Part shown: piece by piece, positions 1 to 11,172 of the stretch
How positions within the stretch are numbered: position 1 is the first letter of the stretch
How the letters are laid out: each line of letters opens with the position of its first letter
Position numbers and translations under genes: made by a program
NCBI GenBank assembly: GCA_024704765.1
Contig: JAKMXF010000362.1
Span: 1 to 64,000 of the forward strand
Direction: 5' to 3'
DNA length: 64,000 nucleotides
Origin: Oopsacas minuta
Lineage: Eukaryota; Animalia; Porifera
The notes under the pieces: model-generated
Databases searched by the model: none
The model's input: the letters and a program-made list of their open reading frames with translations, nothing else
What the model was told of the DNA's origin: nothing

Positions 1-29
1 GCAATATCACTTCTTGATATTTGTTCCAT
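1..29 (-). CDS. 5' end of a small Maf-like bZIP gene (copy A1), truncated by the window edge
   Basis: Reverse complement of 1-29 reads ATG GAA CAA ATA TCA AGA AGT GAT ATT GC (MEQISRSDIA). Positions 1-~268 are a near-identical copy of 2925-~3196 (copy A3 start plus upstream region). Confidence 0.8.
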
Positions 30-689
30 TATTCTATTTACTGTTTGTATTGTTTTGTTTTGATTTGAAATTGATTAAACTCACTCCCTATTCATACTTA
101 CAAATAATCTGTCATTACTCCATCAGATAATTCTCTGATTGGTAACGTTTTGGTTAATCTCATCCAATGTGTTAATTCATTCTGTCAGTGAAATTGAAAA
201 TCTGCATTGTTAGAATTTCAGATTAAGAATCTCGGAGAATTGAAAAATGATTAGAAGAAAGTTTGAGATTTTGATTCGAGGATAGATCTCAAACAAGATT
301 GAGGTTTAATTTGTAATCACATTGGTTATTAAGATAGGCGATTATCGAAATACCAATAATTATCCGAGAAATGTGATGTAGTCTAACTAATTCATTGATA
401 GGACAAAGTATTTTCTATTAAATATCAGTTTAATGAACTAAAGACCTTAAATTCGAATAAGAGGGCATAAATATTAATTATGAGTTAATAGAATAAGAAT
501 ATCCATTAAAATTGGTATGATCAATGGTTAGTTAGTAGCCATTAGCTTATGAGGAAGGCAATATCCTTAATGGCAGTAGTGAATATTTGTACTTATTGCC
601 TTTTGAGATACTAGCGACATTGTTAACAGAAATATAGCTGCCACGCCAAGAAATATTAATCCTATTAAGGAAACCTATTTTTGGCTGTA

Positions 690-775
690 TTAACACGTGT
701 TTCAGTGAGGAGGTTGGTCAGGTTTCAACTTGTAAGTTGAAACCTGATCAACCTCCTCACTGAAACACGGGTTAA
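690..775. mobile_element. 86-bp near-perfect palindrome, possible piggyBac-type MITE remnant
   Basis: Arms 690-731 and 734-775 are reverse complements with 2 mismatches. Both ends are TTAA and the right end reads ...CACGGG-TTAA, resembling piggyBac TTAA|CCC...GGG|TTAA termini. The palindrome is certain; the TE assignment is inferred. Confidence 0.5.
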
Positions 776-1424
776 GCATTGTGAAATTGAATCTGACGGC
801 AATGTACAATAACTTGGTAGTCAAATGCACCCTAAACAGACACACGAAAGGAGGATTACACTTCTACAACTTACAAGTCCAGGGAACTATATTGATTTAC
901 CATACATCTACGTAATGCCCAATCAATCTAAGAGTATCGGATTTCTCCCTATAACGGACAAAGACTACCTCTAATGTATTCGATATTCGGAGACTCCACT
1001 ATACCTACATATACGTGTATATATGTATATATATATATATACGTATTACGTACAAGGGCGTAACTGTGGCCGAGCAGTGCTCCCATTTCCCATTCAAAAC
1101 TTTTGATCGCTTGCTACGCTCATTCGTAATATTCAATTAGAGAGAACATTATTTGAGGAGGGTATTGTGTGTCAAGTCATACCAGGGGTGTGCAATCTAC
1201 GACGTGTACACCTCAATCCTCTCATGATCAAGCTAGCAATTATCCATGTTCAAATTTTCAATTTATCTCTTAATCACTTCTTTGGAATCAAACCAGAAAG
1301 TATAACATAGCAGATTAATTCTATGTCAGAGTGATGTATTAGATTAGATTAGACTCATAGCTTTAGTAGCTATTGCAATACCAAATTATACAATCAATTC
1401 AACCTATCATACAGTATCACTTAG

Positions 1425-1432
1425 TATAAATA
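1425..1432 (+). promoter_or_regulatory. TATA box of bZIP copy A2
   Basis: TATAAATA 60 nt before the ATG at 1485, in an AGTATAAATAGG(G)AG context shared with copy A3 (minus strand, 3015-3022). Confidence 0.6.
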
Positions 1433-1484
1433 GGAGACGTTATCCAATAAAAAATCAAATCAATACAAATAGTAAATTACAGAA

Positions 1485-1796
1485 ATGGAACAAATATCAA
1501 AAAGTGATATAGCAGAATTAGACATCAAGAAGCTAAACCTTCTAATAAAGTCAAGTAACATGACTGAAGAAGAAGCTAGAGCTTTGAAGTATTCCCGTAG
1601 ACTTAAGAAGATGAGTCATTACAACAAAGCTCAGCGGGATAAGAAGAAGAGACAAGAACACTCTCTAGAAGCAGAAAGAGAACACCTGCAACAAGAATAC
1701 GATTATATTCTGCAGGAAGTTCAAATGCTGAAAGAGGCAAAGTTAAAATTTGAAGTGATGCAGATTTTAGATAATTTAGAAGAACAATATTATTAA
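1485..1796 (+). CDS. Small Maf/CNC-type bZIP microprotein, 103 aa (copy A2)
   Basis: DIAELDIKKLNLLIKSSNMTEEEARALKYSRRLKKMSHYNKAQR...QEHSLEAEREHLQQE aligns in register with the small-Maf extended homology region, basic region and zipper ([42 protein letters not shown]...QKEELERQRVELQQE). Intronless, three further copies nearby. Confidence 0.85.
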   Translation: MEQISKSDIAELDIKKLNLLIKSSNMTEEEARALKYSRRLKKMSHYNKAQRDKKKRQEHSLEAEREHLQQEYDYILQEVQMLKEAKLKFEVMQILDNLEEQYY

Positions 1797-2120
1797 GCAG
1801 TAATGTATGTAAAAATTTTTAAATATATAAATATCACTTTCTGAATATTTAAAATTGAATTAAACTTTTCTTAATGTATATATTGTATTTATGAGTTGAT
1901 AAATTGGAAACAGCAAAACAGGCAAAGTATATACGTACATGCAAAACCAACAAAACACAATAATTATGAGAGTTCTCTTTCATTAAGTATAAACATATCA
2001 AATATTCTACCTGTAAATAGAGAACAGTAAACTTCAGTTTTAGCAACAAATCTCTGATAACGACACTATTTTTACCCCAGAAATCCGCAGCAGTAGTTTC
2101 TACACACCATACTTCGGGTA

Positions 2121-2405
2121 TCACAACATGTTAGATAACGACACTTCGAATATATCAACACTGTATTTTAATGCCTGATGGATCAAAATCAAGTCGGATA
2201 TTACGACTTGGGAGCATTTGTACTGTAATGCAGGTATGGTTTCCGTATCTGCAGGAAGGCTTAGCAAAATTCTTATTATTCGTGAATAATTGGGTTCTGG
2301 ATTATCTAAGTACCGTATTACCTCGAATAATAACCCACCTCGATCAAGTTCGCTAACATTAAGTCTCATTATTATGAACAGATTCTTGGTCCCGTGGGGT
2401 GTCAC
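2121..2405 (-). pseudogene. Possible degraded hAT transposase C-terminal dimerisation-domain fragment
   Basis: PNYSRIIRILLSLPA...SDLILIH...VDIFEV loosely resembles the hAT dimerisation consensus (PN...L.IL..LP.T...ER.FS...L.LI.IH...DI.EV), but the central ERSFS motif is missing. Confidence 0.3.
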
Positions 2406-2641
2406 AAAAAGCGACCCTGACTATATTTGCAATTGTAGCTTAATATGATATACAATACATGTATTTCGAATAGATTCTTGAAATGACAGGCTGCACTTGC
2501 CCCGTATTTAAACATTAAAATAAAAGGCGTGTAGCTACGAGTCAAAGATCATAATGAGATTGATTATTAATGGAGACTGCAATTTGTTTACAAAAATATA
2601 TCATTAAAATAAGTGAATTTACAAGTTTCAATAATTGCTGC

Positions 2642-2953
2642 TTAATAATATTGATCTTCTAAATCATCTAAAATCTGCATCACTTCAAATTTTAACTTTG
2701 CTTCTTTCAGCATTTGAACTTCCTGCAGAATATAAGTGTATTCTTGCTGGAGATGTTCTCTTTCTGCTTCTAGAGAGTGTTCCTGTCTCTTCTTCTTATC
2801 ACGCTGAGCTTTGTTGTAATGACTCATCTTCTGAAGTCTACGAGAATACTTCAGAGGTTTAGCTTCTTCTTCAGTCATGTTACTTGACTTGATTAGAAGG
2901 TTTAGTTTCTTTATGTCTATTTCAGCAATATCACTTCTTGATATTTGTTCCAT
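2642..2953 (-). CDS. Small Maf/CNC-type bZIP microprotein, 103 aa (copy A3)
   Basis: About 90% identical to copy A2. The true start is the ATG at 2953 (MEQISRS); the ORF-track extension to 3010 starts at a non-ATG codon and overlaps the TATA region. Confidence 0.85.
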   Translation of the reverse strand: MEQISRSDIAEIDIKKLNLLIKSSNMTEEEAKPLKYSRRLQKMSHYNKAQRDKKKRQEHSLEAEREHLQQEYTYILQEVQMLKEAKLKFEVMQILDDLEDQYY

Positions 2954-3014
2954 TATTCTATTTACTGTGTTTGTATTGTTTTGTTTTGATTTGAAATTGA
3001 TTAAACTCACTCCC

Positions 3015-3022
3015 TATTTATA
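3015..3022 (-). promoter_or_regulatory. TATA box of bZIP copy A3
   Basis: Minus strand reads AGTATAAATAGGGAG, about 62 nt upstream of the ATG at 2953; same context as copy A2. Confidence 0.6.
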
Positions 3023-4462
3023 CTTGCAAATAATCTGTCATTACTCCATCAGATAATTCTCTGATTGGTAACATTTTGGTTAATCTCATCCAATGTGTTA
3101 ATTCATTCTGTCAGTGAAATTGAAAATCTGATTTGTTAGACTTTCAGATTAAGAATCTCGGAGAATTGAAAAATGATTCGAGAAGAAAGTTTGAGAATTA
3201 GAAACTGGGATAGAACATTCAATTGTGGTTTCGGTTGATTCAATGCCAAATCGATTCGATATACTAAATGTTAATTAATTAATTTTCAGTAGATGTATTA
3301 CTTAATTATTCCTCTTACATTTACAGTTACTCTAATCTAAGTTGAACAGTGGCATAAACCATGGCTAAGTCATGGATTATAAGAAGCAGCATCAACTACA
3401 CTGTGCCGGTCGCGGTTGTGTCATATTGTCTAAATGCCAAGTTTATGCCAGGTTCACTCAGTGAGCAAACGGTGCATGTGCCACCAGTTAAGATATTCGT
3501 GCCCAGTGGCCAGGCCTGCTAGATCATCGGAACAGCACTACCATAACATAATCTAACACTCATTGATTTTGCCTCGGTTTGAAAATCCTGCCCCTGCCCC
3601 TGCCTACCAAGGTATGTCAGAACCTGGGCCACCACGTTCCACTGGGTTCACTCAAATTCGCATTCACACTAAGTGCATGTTTATGAAATACAGACAGTTC
3701 GCTATATGTACAATTCGCAATCTCTGCTACACGGACAGTTCACTACAGGAAAAACTTTATTCATATGAATGTACACCAGCAAGAGCTAGGATGAGGATGT
3801 AGCGTCTGAAAGCATGTTAGTAGAAATGACAAAAATGCCTTCAATACATTGATGAGGTTTGGAATTACACACATTTTCAAATTTCACGCTTTGCTATGTA
3901 TGCTTGTACGATTAATTCACTGCTGATAGGAAGCTGATAATAATTAGCGAGGAAGATGGTTTACAAGATCCTAGGGCGATCTTGAAACCACTAAGAAAGA
4001 AGTAATCAGAATATTCAAAATTTCAAGGAAAGATGAAAGAATTGTAGAAGATTGCTTGGTAATGATACTAGACACATTATATATTCACAAATGTGTGTTA
4101 AATAATACAAAAATTAAATATTAGTAAGGCGGTTATAGAGTAGATGTTTACGTTGAGAATTAGTTGGAAAGTTGACTTGTATCTAATGAGTGATAAATTG
4201 TTTCGGACAGAAAAATAATAATTAGCCATTAATTACAAGATACTTATCCTCGTTTCAAATTTCAAATTCGCTTCAAAATCGTGTTAGACTCTCAAAACTC
4301 TAAAAGTAAGGTTGAACAAAGCAAATTAGCATATTTTGATGACACTAACGTTACAAACATCTCACAGCGAAATTATAAACCGGTGCTATAGGGGGAAAGT
4401 ATATATTGGTTAGAACGAAAGTTCGATGACAAAACAAATCAATACAAACAGCAATTACAGTA

Positions 4463-4774
4463 ATGGACCTGGAGACAAGTGATATAGCAGAAATTGACAT
4501 AAAGAAACTCAACCTCCTAATCAAGTCAAGTAGCATGACTGAAGAAGAAGCTAAAGCTCTGAAGTATTCTCGTAGACTTCGGAAGATGAGTCATTACAAC
4601 AAAGCTCAGCGTGATAAGAAGAAAAGACAGGAACACTCTCTAGAAGCAGAAAGAGAACATCTCCAGCAAGAATACACTTATATTCTGTAGGAAGTTCAAA
4701 TGCTGAAAGAAGCAAAGTTAAATTTTGAAGTGATGCAGATTTTAGATGATTTAGAAGATCAATATTATTCTTAG
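4463..4774 (+). pseudogene. Small Maf-like bZIP copy A4 with premature stop
   Basis: TAG at 4688-4690 where A2 and A3 have CAG (Gln). The frame continues with intact homology (EVQMLKEAKLNFEVMQILDDLEDQYYS) to a TAG at 4772-4774. Confidence 0.8.
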
Positions 4775-5951
4775 CACCATTTATAGGACAAATATCTTAG
4801 AAACATATTTATTCACTATACTTGCAATGATATATCATCTGAAAGGCTCACAAGTACAAATGACATTAAATATTAGAAATAGATTTTAGTGAATTAGTTA
4901 TATTTATGAGTGGAAAATAGCAGCAAAAAAAATACGTGTATTTCCCATATAAGATATGAATGTCAAAAATATATTAAGAAGGATAGGATATAGTATTAGT
5001 ATTAGTATTAGTATTAGTAATTTAGCGCTATTAAGCCAAGCATCCACTAACCGACCTGATTAGAATAATTATATTTCTAATATACAAATAAGCTTGACTA
5101 CTACTGTACTAGCTAGTACAGTAAATAGTTACTATGACAAGATTTAGAATAGCATAGAGTCAACTTTTGTTAAACGGGCGGAGAAAAGTATCCATAAATA
5201 TATCTACATTTTGCAATTTTGGTGTTGGAATGAATTTCTTCGTGACTAGTAATATCATATCCAGGGGCAGATGGGGAAGCTACTGAAGTTATCATAATCC
5301 ACGTGAAGTAATTTGGTTTATTCAAGTAAAATTCCCCTTAAAGACCTGTAACTGTTGACAACTAGATTCATTCACTTTTCACTAATCAATTGTCTACTTT
5401 CTGAATTATTATACTTTCAAAGTAATTACAAATTGTTGTTGAAGAACTTTGGGCATAAATAATTCGAATTTTCATACAAGTATAATATTTGTAGCTAAGT
5501 TAAGATATACAATAATCAGAGTTTAGGATGTTTACATGCTTGTTAGAAAAGATAAACCATTATTGCATCATGGCCTATAATAAACAATTAAGATATCAAA
5601 ATATTAGAACTAACAACTATTCAATTGGTGTTTGCTTGGTGAAAATGTGTTTTCTAATATTTATAACCACCAATAATTGCATCCTTTTGATAACATATTT
5701 AGTCAATACAATTATATAAGTGTTTCACCATTGGTGGAAACAATGTGTAGGTAGGTAATACATATAACATTAGCATGCTGGTCCATAAGGCTACTGATAA
5801 GTATGCTACTCAAAACGATCTAAAAACAACAATTAGTAAAGAATACAAATACTATGAGAACTTAAATTCTAAGACGAATTTCCTTGAAAAGAAATGTCTC
5901 ATCGATTGGTCCGAATAAGACTGAGCTCTTCCCATTCTAATTTCTTAAATC

Positions 5952-6230
5952 ACGAGCCTTTAGTTCGTCGCATTGCGCATCGAGGTATCAATAATTCTCC
6001 AAATTGACGACCCCTTTGAGTATTGTAATATAGATATATTTAGAACAATGTAATTCACAAATATACATATATGGCATATATGTATTATTGAATTATTTTG
6101 TAAGATTAACCCCCTTTGTAGCCGTTGAAGGCAAATATCCACGTAAATTTTGTGATTTTGCTAATTTGTTTCCTTTATATCCATAAAACAACAATATATG
6201 TTTACATATTCACGGACAAACAAATAAGAA
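5952..6230 (-). mobile_element. Helitron-like non-autonomous repeat, 3' portion
   Basis: Close match to 51387-51650; begins with the reverse complement of the terminal ACGAGCC hairpin. Confidence 0.6.
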
Positions 6231-8206
6231 TTAAGATTTGATAATACAGACGTTGTTTACAATACCATATTTGGATTCATCATACTCGATTATTCTAGTA
6301 TAGTCGTTGAAAGTATGATTCTACCTCAATATTGAAATTTGTTTACTTTATATTCATAAAAACAACAATAAATTTAAATATGATTAATCCCTAAATTGTG
6401 GAATTTAGATTCAGCCTGTTCAATATATATTTAAGGCAGTTTTATTGAATAGGTTATCCTAACCTTGCTTTATATATTAGAACTCAGTTAGTACGTAGCA
6501 ACGTTTTATCCCGATGAGGTACATCCTATCCGAGTTCTACTGTGCTTTTAAGTTGTTGCTTGGATAACTGAATCAGTGAAAATCACTGTTCGAGTACATA
6601 TGAAGTTGAAGACTTTAGATATTTGGAAAATTTCATTGCATATATTCACAAATATAGTATAAAATGACCCCAGAAAAATAGCACTGATGTAGTTTGAATC
6701 TCTTTTGAGGTAAAATATTGATTATTGCATAAGAGGATACAATTCTAAATTTTAACATAGTCGGGAAGCTACAAACTTTCAACTTACCAGGAAAATAACA
6801 AATTCAAGGATACAATAATTCCTAGAAAATACATATCCCTAACAATCCTTATGTGAGTAGGAAGGATTCGTTTGCATAATACAAACATATCTACAAAAGT
6901 AGTTGAATAGACATATATGTTTAGGAAGTAATTAAATGTTACTTAAGGAGATGATAGCTACAAATACTGGTTTAACAAGATAATGATATTTGTCCAAGAT
7001 AAAATTCTCAAAAAAACAAAATAGAAACCAAAATATATAATAATTTATACATCAATTACTCACAAATTTGCATTGTCACACTCAGACCATCTGGAGTTCT
7101 GGACATACTAGATGGAAAGAGTAGGTAGATACACATACGTGATAATCCAGATAAACACATTCAAATTATCTTATGTGCCCATTTTGTTTATGAGAAGATA
7201 AATACTGTTCACGTACAATTTGATACAGCTTATTCATTTATGCGAAATGGTGTGGGTGACTAATTTGGATTGTCGTTGCAGTAAATCAAATATTGTTGGG
7301 TTGCTAGAGCCAGTACGCTAATATTCCTGCTTTCGTTAACCCTGCACTATAGAACTGATTTTGGCTACGTACGTGTATGTCTATAAGTGAAATGTTATGA
7401 CCATGAATACTGTGTCAGAAGTTATAGTGATAATTATTCGCATGTACTCGTGAGATAGAATATCAAGTAATACACTCTCACATATTTTCTAATTTCAGTT
7501 CCCAATTAGATTTTGCAATTTATCTATCACTTCAATATTAATAAGTGAATTATGATTCTGTAAGCTAATCGATTATACAATTTCGTGCTAAACATACAAG
7601 TAAGTTGATTTATTTTAATATGTTAATTCAGTAATAACCACAATGAAAATTCCGATAATTTCTTGATGATTGATTCTACCTGAAGTATTACTTAGAAGAG
7701 AAGTAAATGCCATTAGAACATTATTGAGATAGCTTAGCAGTATACACATACAGTTAACCTCACTCCTATGATATATCATTCACAATTATTGTATATTGAT
7801 TTTTGTGACATAATTAATTTGTACAAACATATTTATACTGAGGTACAAAATAGTCCCGTGTTTCTGTTATCTACAAGGGATCTGGATACCTAAACCCCGG
7901 GAAATGACCCAGACTGAAACAGAAGTAACAAACAAAGTGATTATGGATATACCGAGATTGTGATGGAATAGTAACGTGAAAGGCAGTAGGTTTGACAATT
8001 TGTACAAGTTAATGAATGGATTAATGATAAATTATGATAAAGCAAGGGCAAGTATAAAGAAATCTCCATTTATTGAATATTTGGTAACTGATGTCTTAGA
8101 TAACCGAATAGTAGGTAATCTATAAAAGCCAATACATAGATATAAATATGTTGGTGATAACCAAACGTCAGCACTCAAGATGCTCCCAATCTCCGAACAA
8201 AATACA

Positions 8207-8251
<45 letters not shown>
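8207..8251. repeat. (CAT)15 microsatellite
   Basis: 15 perfect CAT units, about 85 nt downstream of the VCPKMT stop. Confidence 0.95.
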
Positions 8252-8336
8252 ATCATTGATTATTAACAGCAAAACATTTCAAATAATCGTAATTACAATG
8301 TACAACATTTGGCTTAATTGAGTATTACCATCCCAG

Positions 8337-8987
8337 TTAATGACATTTCAATGTAAACACATGTATATCTTCACTTCTGTAAATCTCATCCAAAGTATTT
8401 GTGGGAATTTCTGATATTTCAAATCGCTTTTTCAGGAAATTAAAGAACACTTCTTCTAATTCTTTCTTATTCCCAGTATCTCTCTCTTCATAGCTTAACA
8501 ATACTAGAGAATTCTTGTCAGTTAGCTCTGTTAGCGTATAGCAGAGAGGATCAAGAGCTTCAGAATAGTAAACTAGGTCAGACATTAGAATGACATCAGG
8601 CATATCAAATCCAGAAGCGCCACCCCATTTTAAAGTTTTACCTACAGCTGTTCCCTCGATTAATACTTTATTAAGCTTAATATTCACATTGAGGAGAGGG
8701 ACGATTTCCTCTAAGTCTGTTAATATTACATCTGCTCCCAGACAGCCTGCAACTAGACCTACCAAACCAGCCCCTGATCCAAGTTCTAGAACTCTCTTAC
8801 CCACCCAATAATGAGCTGGGAAGTATTTGTGCTCTAGGAACCTAGCTAGAACTATAGCAGCATCCCACACAACACAGCCTACATCTCCGATATAGTTTTG
8901 AGTTATAGTTAATTCTTTTTCTTTATACAACATTTCATAAACCCTATTGAATGTCAGGTCTCTATTATCTTCACATTTCTCTGCCAT
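8337..8987 (-). CDS. VCPKMT: VCP lysine methyltransferase (METTL21D), 216 aa, intronless
   Basis: GDVGCVVWDAAIVLARFLE, SAM-binding motif VLELGSGAG, DVILMSDLVYY, and C-terminal YRSEDIH, all characteristic of METTL21D. Confidence 0.92.
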   Translation of the reverse strand: MAEKCEDNRDLTFNRVYEMLYKEKELTITQNYIGDVGCVVWDAAIVLARFLEHKYFPAHYWVGKRVLELGSGAGLVGLVAGCLGADVILTDLEEIVPLLNVNIKLNKVLIEGTAVGKTLKWGGASGFDMPDVILMSDLVYYSEALDPLCYTLTELTDKNSLVLLSYEERDTGNKKELEEVFFNFLKKRFEISEIPTNTLDEIYRSEDIHVFTLKCH

Positions 8988-9989
8988 TGATAGTTACTAG
9001 TTGAATGTATTTGTAGCAATTTTATTCAAATAGATCCGTATCTACGTAGGTATTATGGTTTCTTCCAATCAATCAAATGTGAATATATTCGCGAAGTATA
9101 TTTTCCGATTGTCCTTGATTTGTGGTTGAAACGTAATTTCTAGCACGATTTTGAAATATATACCCAAAAGGTGTGAAAAATTAATCATATACCCCAGGCC
9201 CAAACCTACGCGCCAAATGTATACATGTATCAATTTTCGTGTTAATCGAACTGATAGATATGTTCTAATATGTCAAGAAAGAATGATTGGTATAGGATAT
9301 AACTTCAGAATATCATATAACTCTATATCAAACATGCTCCAAATTTATCACCGTTGGCACTTGTAAATATGTGCTCATAATTCCATATTTATATCCTACT
9401 ATTGTTTTAATACATTTCACGAATTCGAACAATTGTTTTCGTCACTGGACACGAGTACAGGACTGTTCGGATTAGAGAGGCCGCGAGAGTCTACTGTACC
9501 CACAAATGTACGCATAATCACGTTGGACAGCTGTTCATAAACATACTTGAACTTGTATAAAAATATTCATGATATGTGTATGTGTCTATGAGGTACATAA
9601 TAAACACAGCTGCAGAGAGCATTACCTAGAGTGACTACAGTACAGATAAGGAAACTAACAAATCAAAATAACTGATAGTAAAGTAAATCAGCTGTTAAGT
9701 ATACAGTCAGTACAGTGAAACAGCAACTTAATAGATCTAATAACACAACAGTTCTAATGCCATTATTCTTATAGCATGCATGCTTAGATGGTAAACACAT
9801 TATCTTATATGTACATTGTAATACACGTAATGATACTAATCAGAATAAGTAGCGATAAGATGAAATAGTAGTAGATTAGATAGCTAGGATGCGTAGTATG
9901 ATAATTCACCCACAGGAAATATTGTATCAATGATAGAGTTGTGTTTCAAATACCAAGACAAACATTCAAATTGGTTCAAAAGTGCGATA

Positions 9990-10613
9990 ACGAGCTTCTG
10001 GCTTGTTGCATCGTGATCGACTCGTTAATGATTCAAATTGCCGGCTCCTTCGGGGGTCATAGTTAAATGATTCATTTGAAAATTAATTGATTACATCATA
10101 AATTTAGAAATGCGTAATGGAATTCAGCATATATGATAATTATCCGGGGCCGTAGGAGACCGTGCGGCAGGTCCGAAGCATGCTGCACCAAAAATTGCAA
10201 TATATATTAATACAGATGGTGAAAGGTAATGAATGCTGCACCGATAATTCTTTGCTTCCTACGTCCCTGTTATCCCTCACATAGCAGTTGAGTGCGAGTC
10301 TCTACGCATATTTTTGAGATTTGGATGCTACTATATATTCATGAAAACAATAAAGTTTACATATGATTAATTCACAAGAGTGAAAATCGGGCTCAGCATA
10401 TTCGAAATATTTAGTCAAGTTAGTTTACTCCTATTAGAACAAATAATAGGAAATACTCTGGTTAAGATGAATAGGTTTTGACGGTCCGTTGGTGCGAGGT
10501 TCCACTCAGACAGACTAAAAGTGGGAAAATCGATATCAAAATAATAGTATAACATAACTCCTTACCTTTCCAAACGAACAAACAGACAAATAACGACTGA
10601 GGTATAATACAGA
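9990..10613 (-). mobile_element. Helitron-like repeat, degraded near full-length copy
   Basis: 3'-end-like ACGAGC..GGCTTGT at 9990, family core at 10300-10430, and 5'-end-like AAACAGACAAA...ATACAGAT at 10570-10613. Confidence 0.45.
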
Positions 10614-11172
10614 TATATGGAATACTACAGTGGATAAATGCAAAGCTATTGTCAACTTTCTACAGTCACGGTCCCACGGATAATTTCTTAATTCTCTTAA
10701 TACATACACGAATAACACGCTGTAACTTTAGCTGTGCATTGAGTATAGTGTGTTATATGAAGTAAATGCTGCATTACTCTAATTTCTAAAGTCAGGAAGG
10801 TCAAGCAAACGCCTGAGCATTTTGCCTGTATAACTGGGTGTCAGGCCTAGATTTTAATTGCTTACGTCGGATCTGTTAATTCGTTAAAAGTGGGATAGTC
10901 TGCCAAAAGTGCCAATTCGACTCAGTAGATAATAAAGAGTAAATATGTATGTTTAGTTACTAAATTAATGAATAGAATAAAAATCGACGATTCCCATATT
11001 AAAGTAGAGATTTATAATTGAGATAATATATATAACAAAAGGGGGAAACGCATAAATACAAACCGAATATTGATAAAATCCTCAAAAAAGTTCTCAAAAA
11101 AACTACGCAAATATATACAATCCAAAAGTATTGAGAAATCTTATGAACATACAAATATGAACAGCTGTGTAA

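Noticed and set aside
2954-3010. N-terminal extension MSLINFK... of bZIP copy A3
   Set aside because: Non-ATG start that runs to the TATA box; the paralogs start at MEQ.
3563-3802. 79-aa ORF in a GC-richer patch
   Set aside because: No recognisable motif and a non-ATG start; probably a repeat fragment.
4688-4690. Programmed readthrough or pyrrolysine/selenocysteine recoding of the TAG
   Set aside because: Paralogs have CAG, the context TAG-GAA is not a known readthrough signal, and a simple point mutation explains it.
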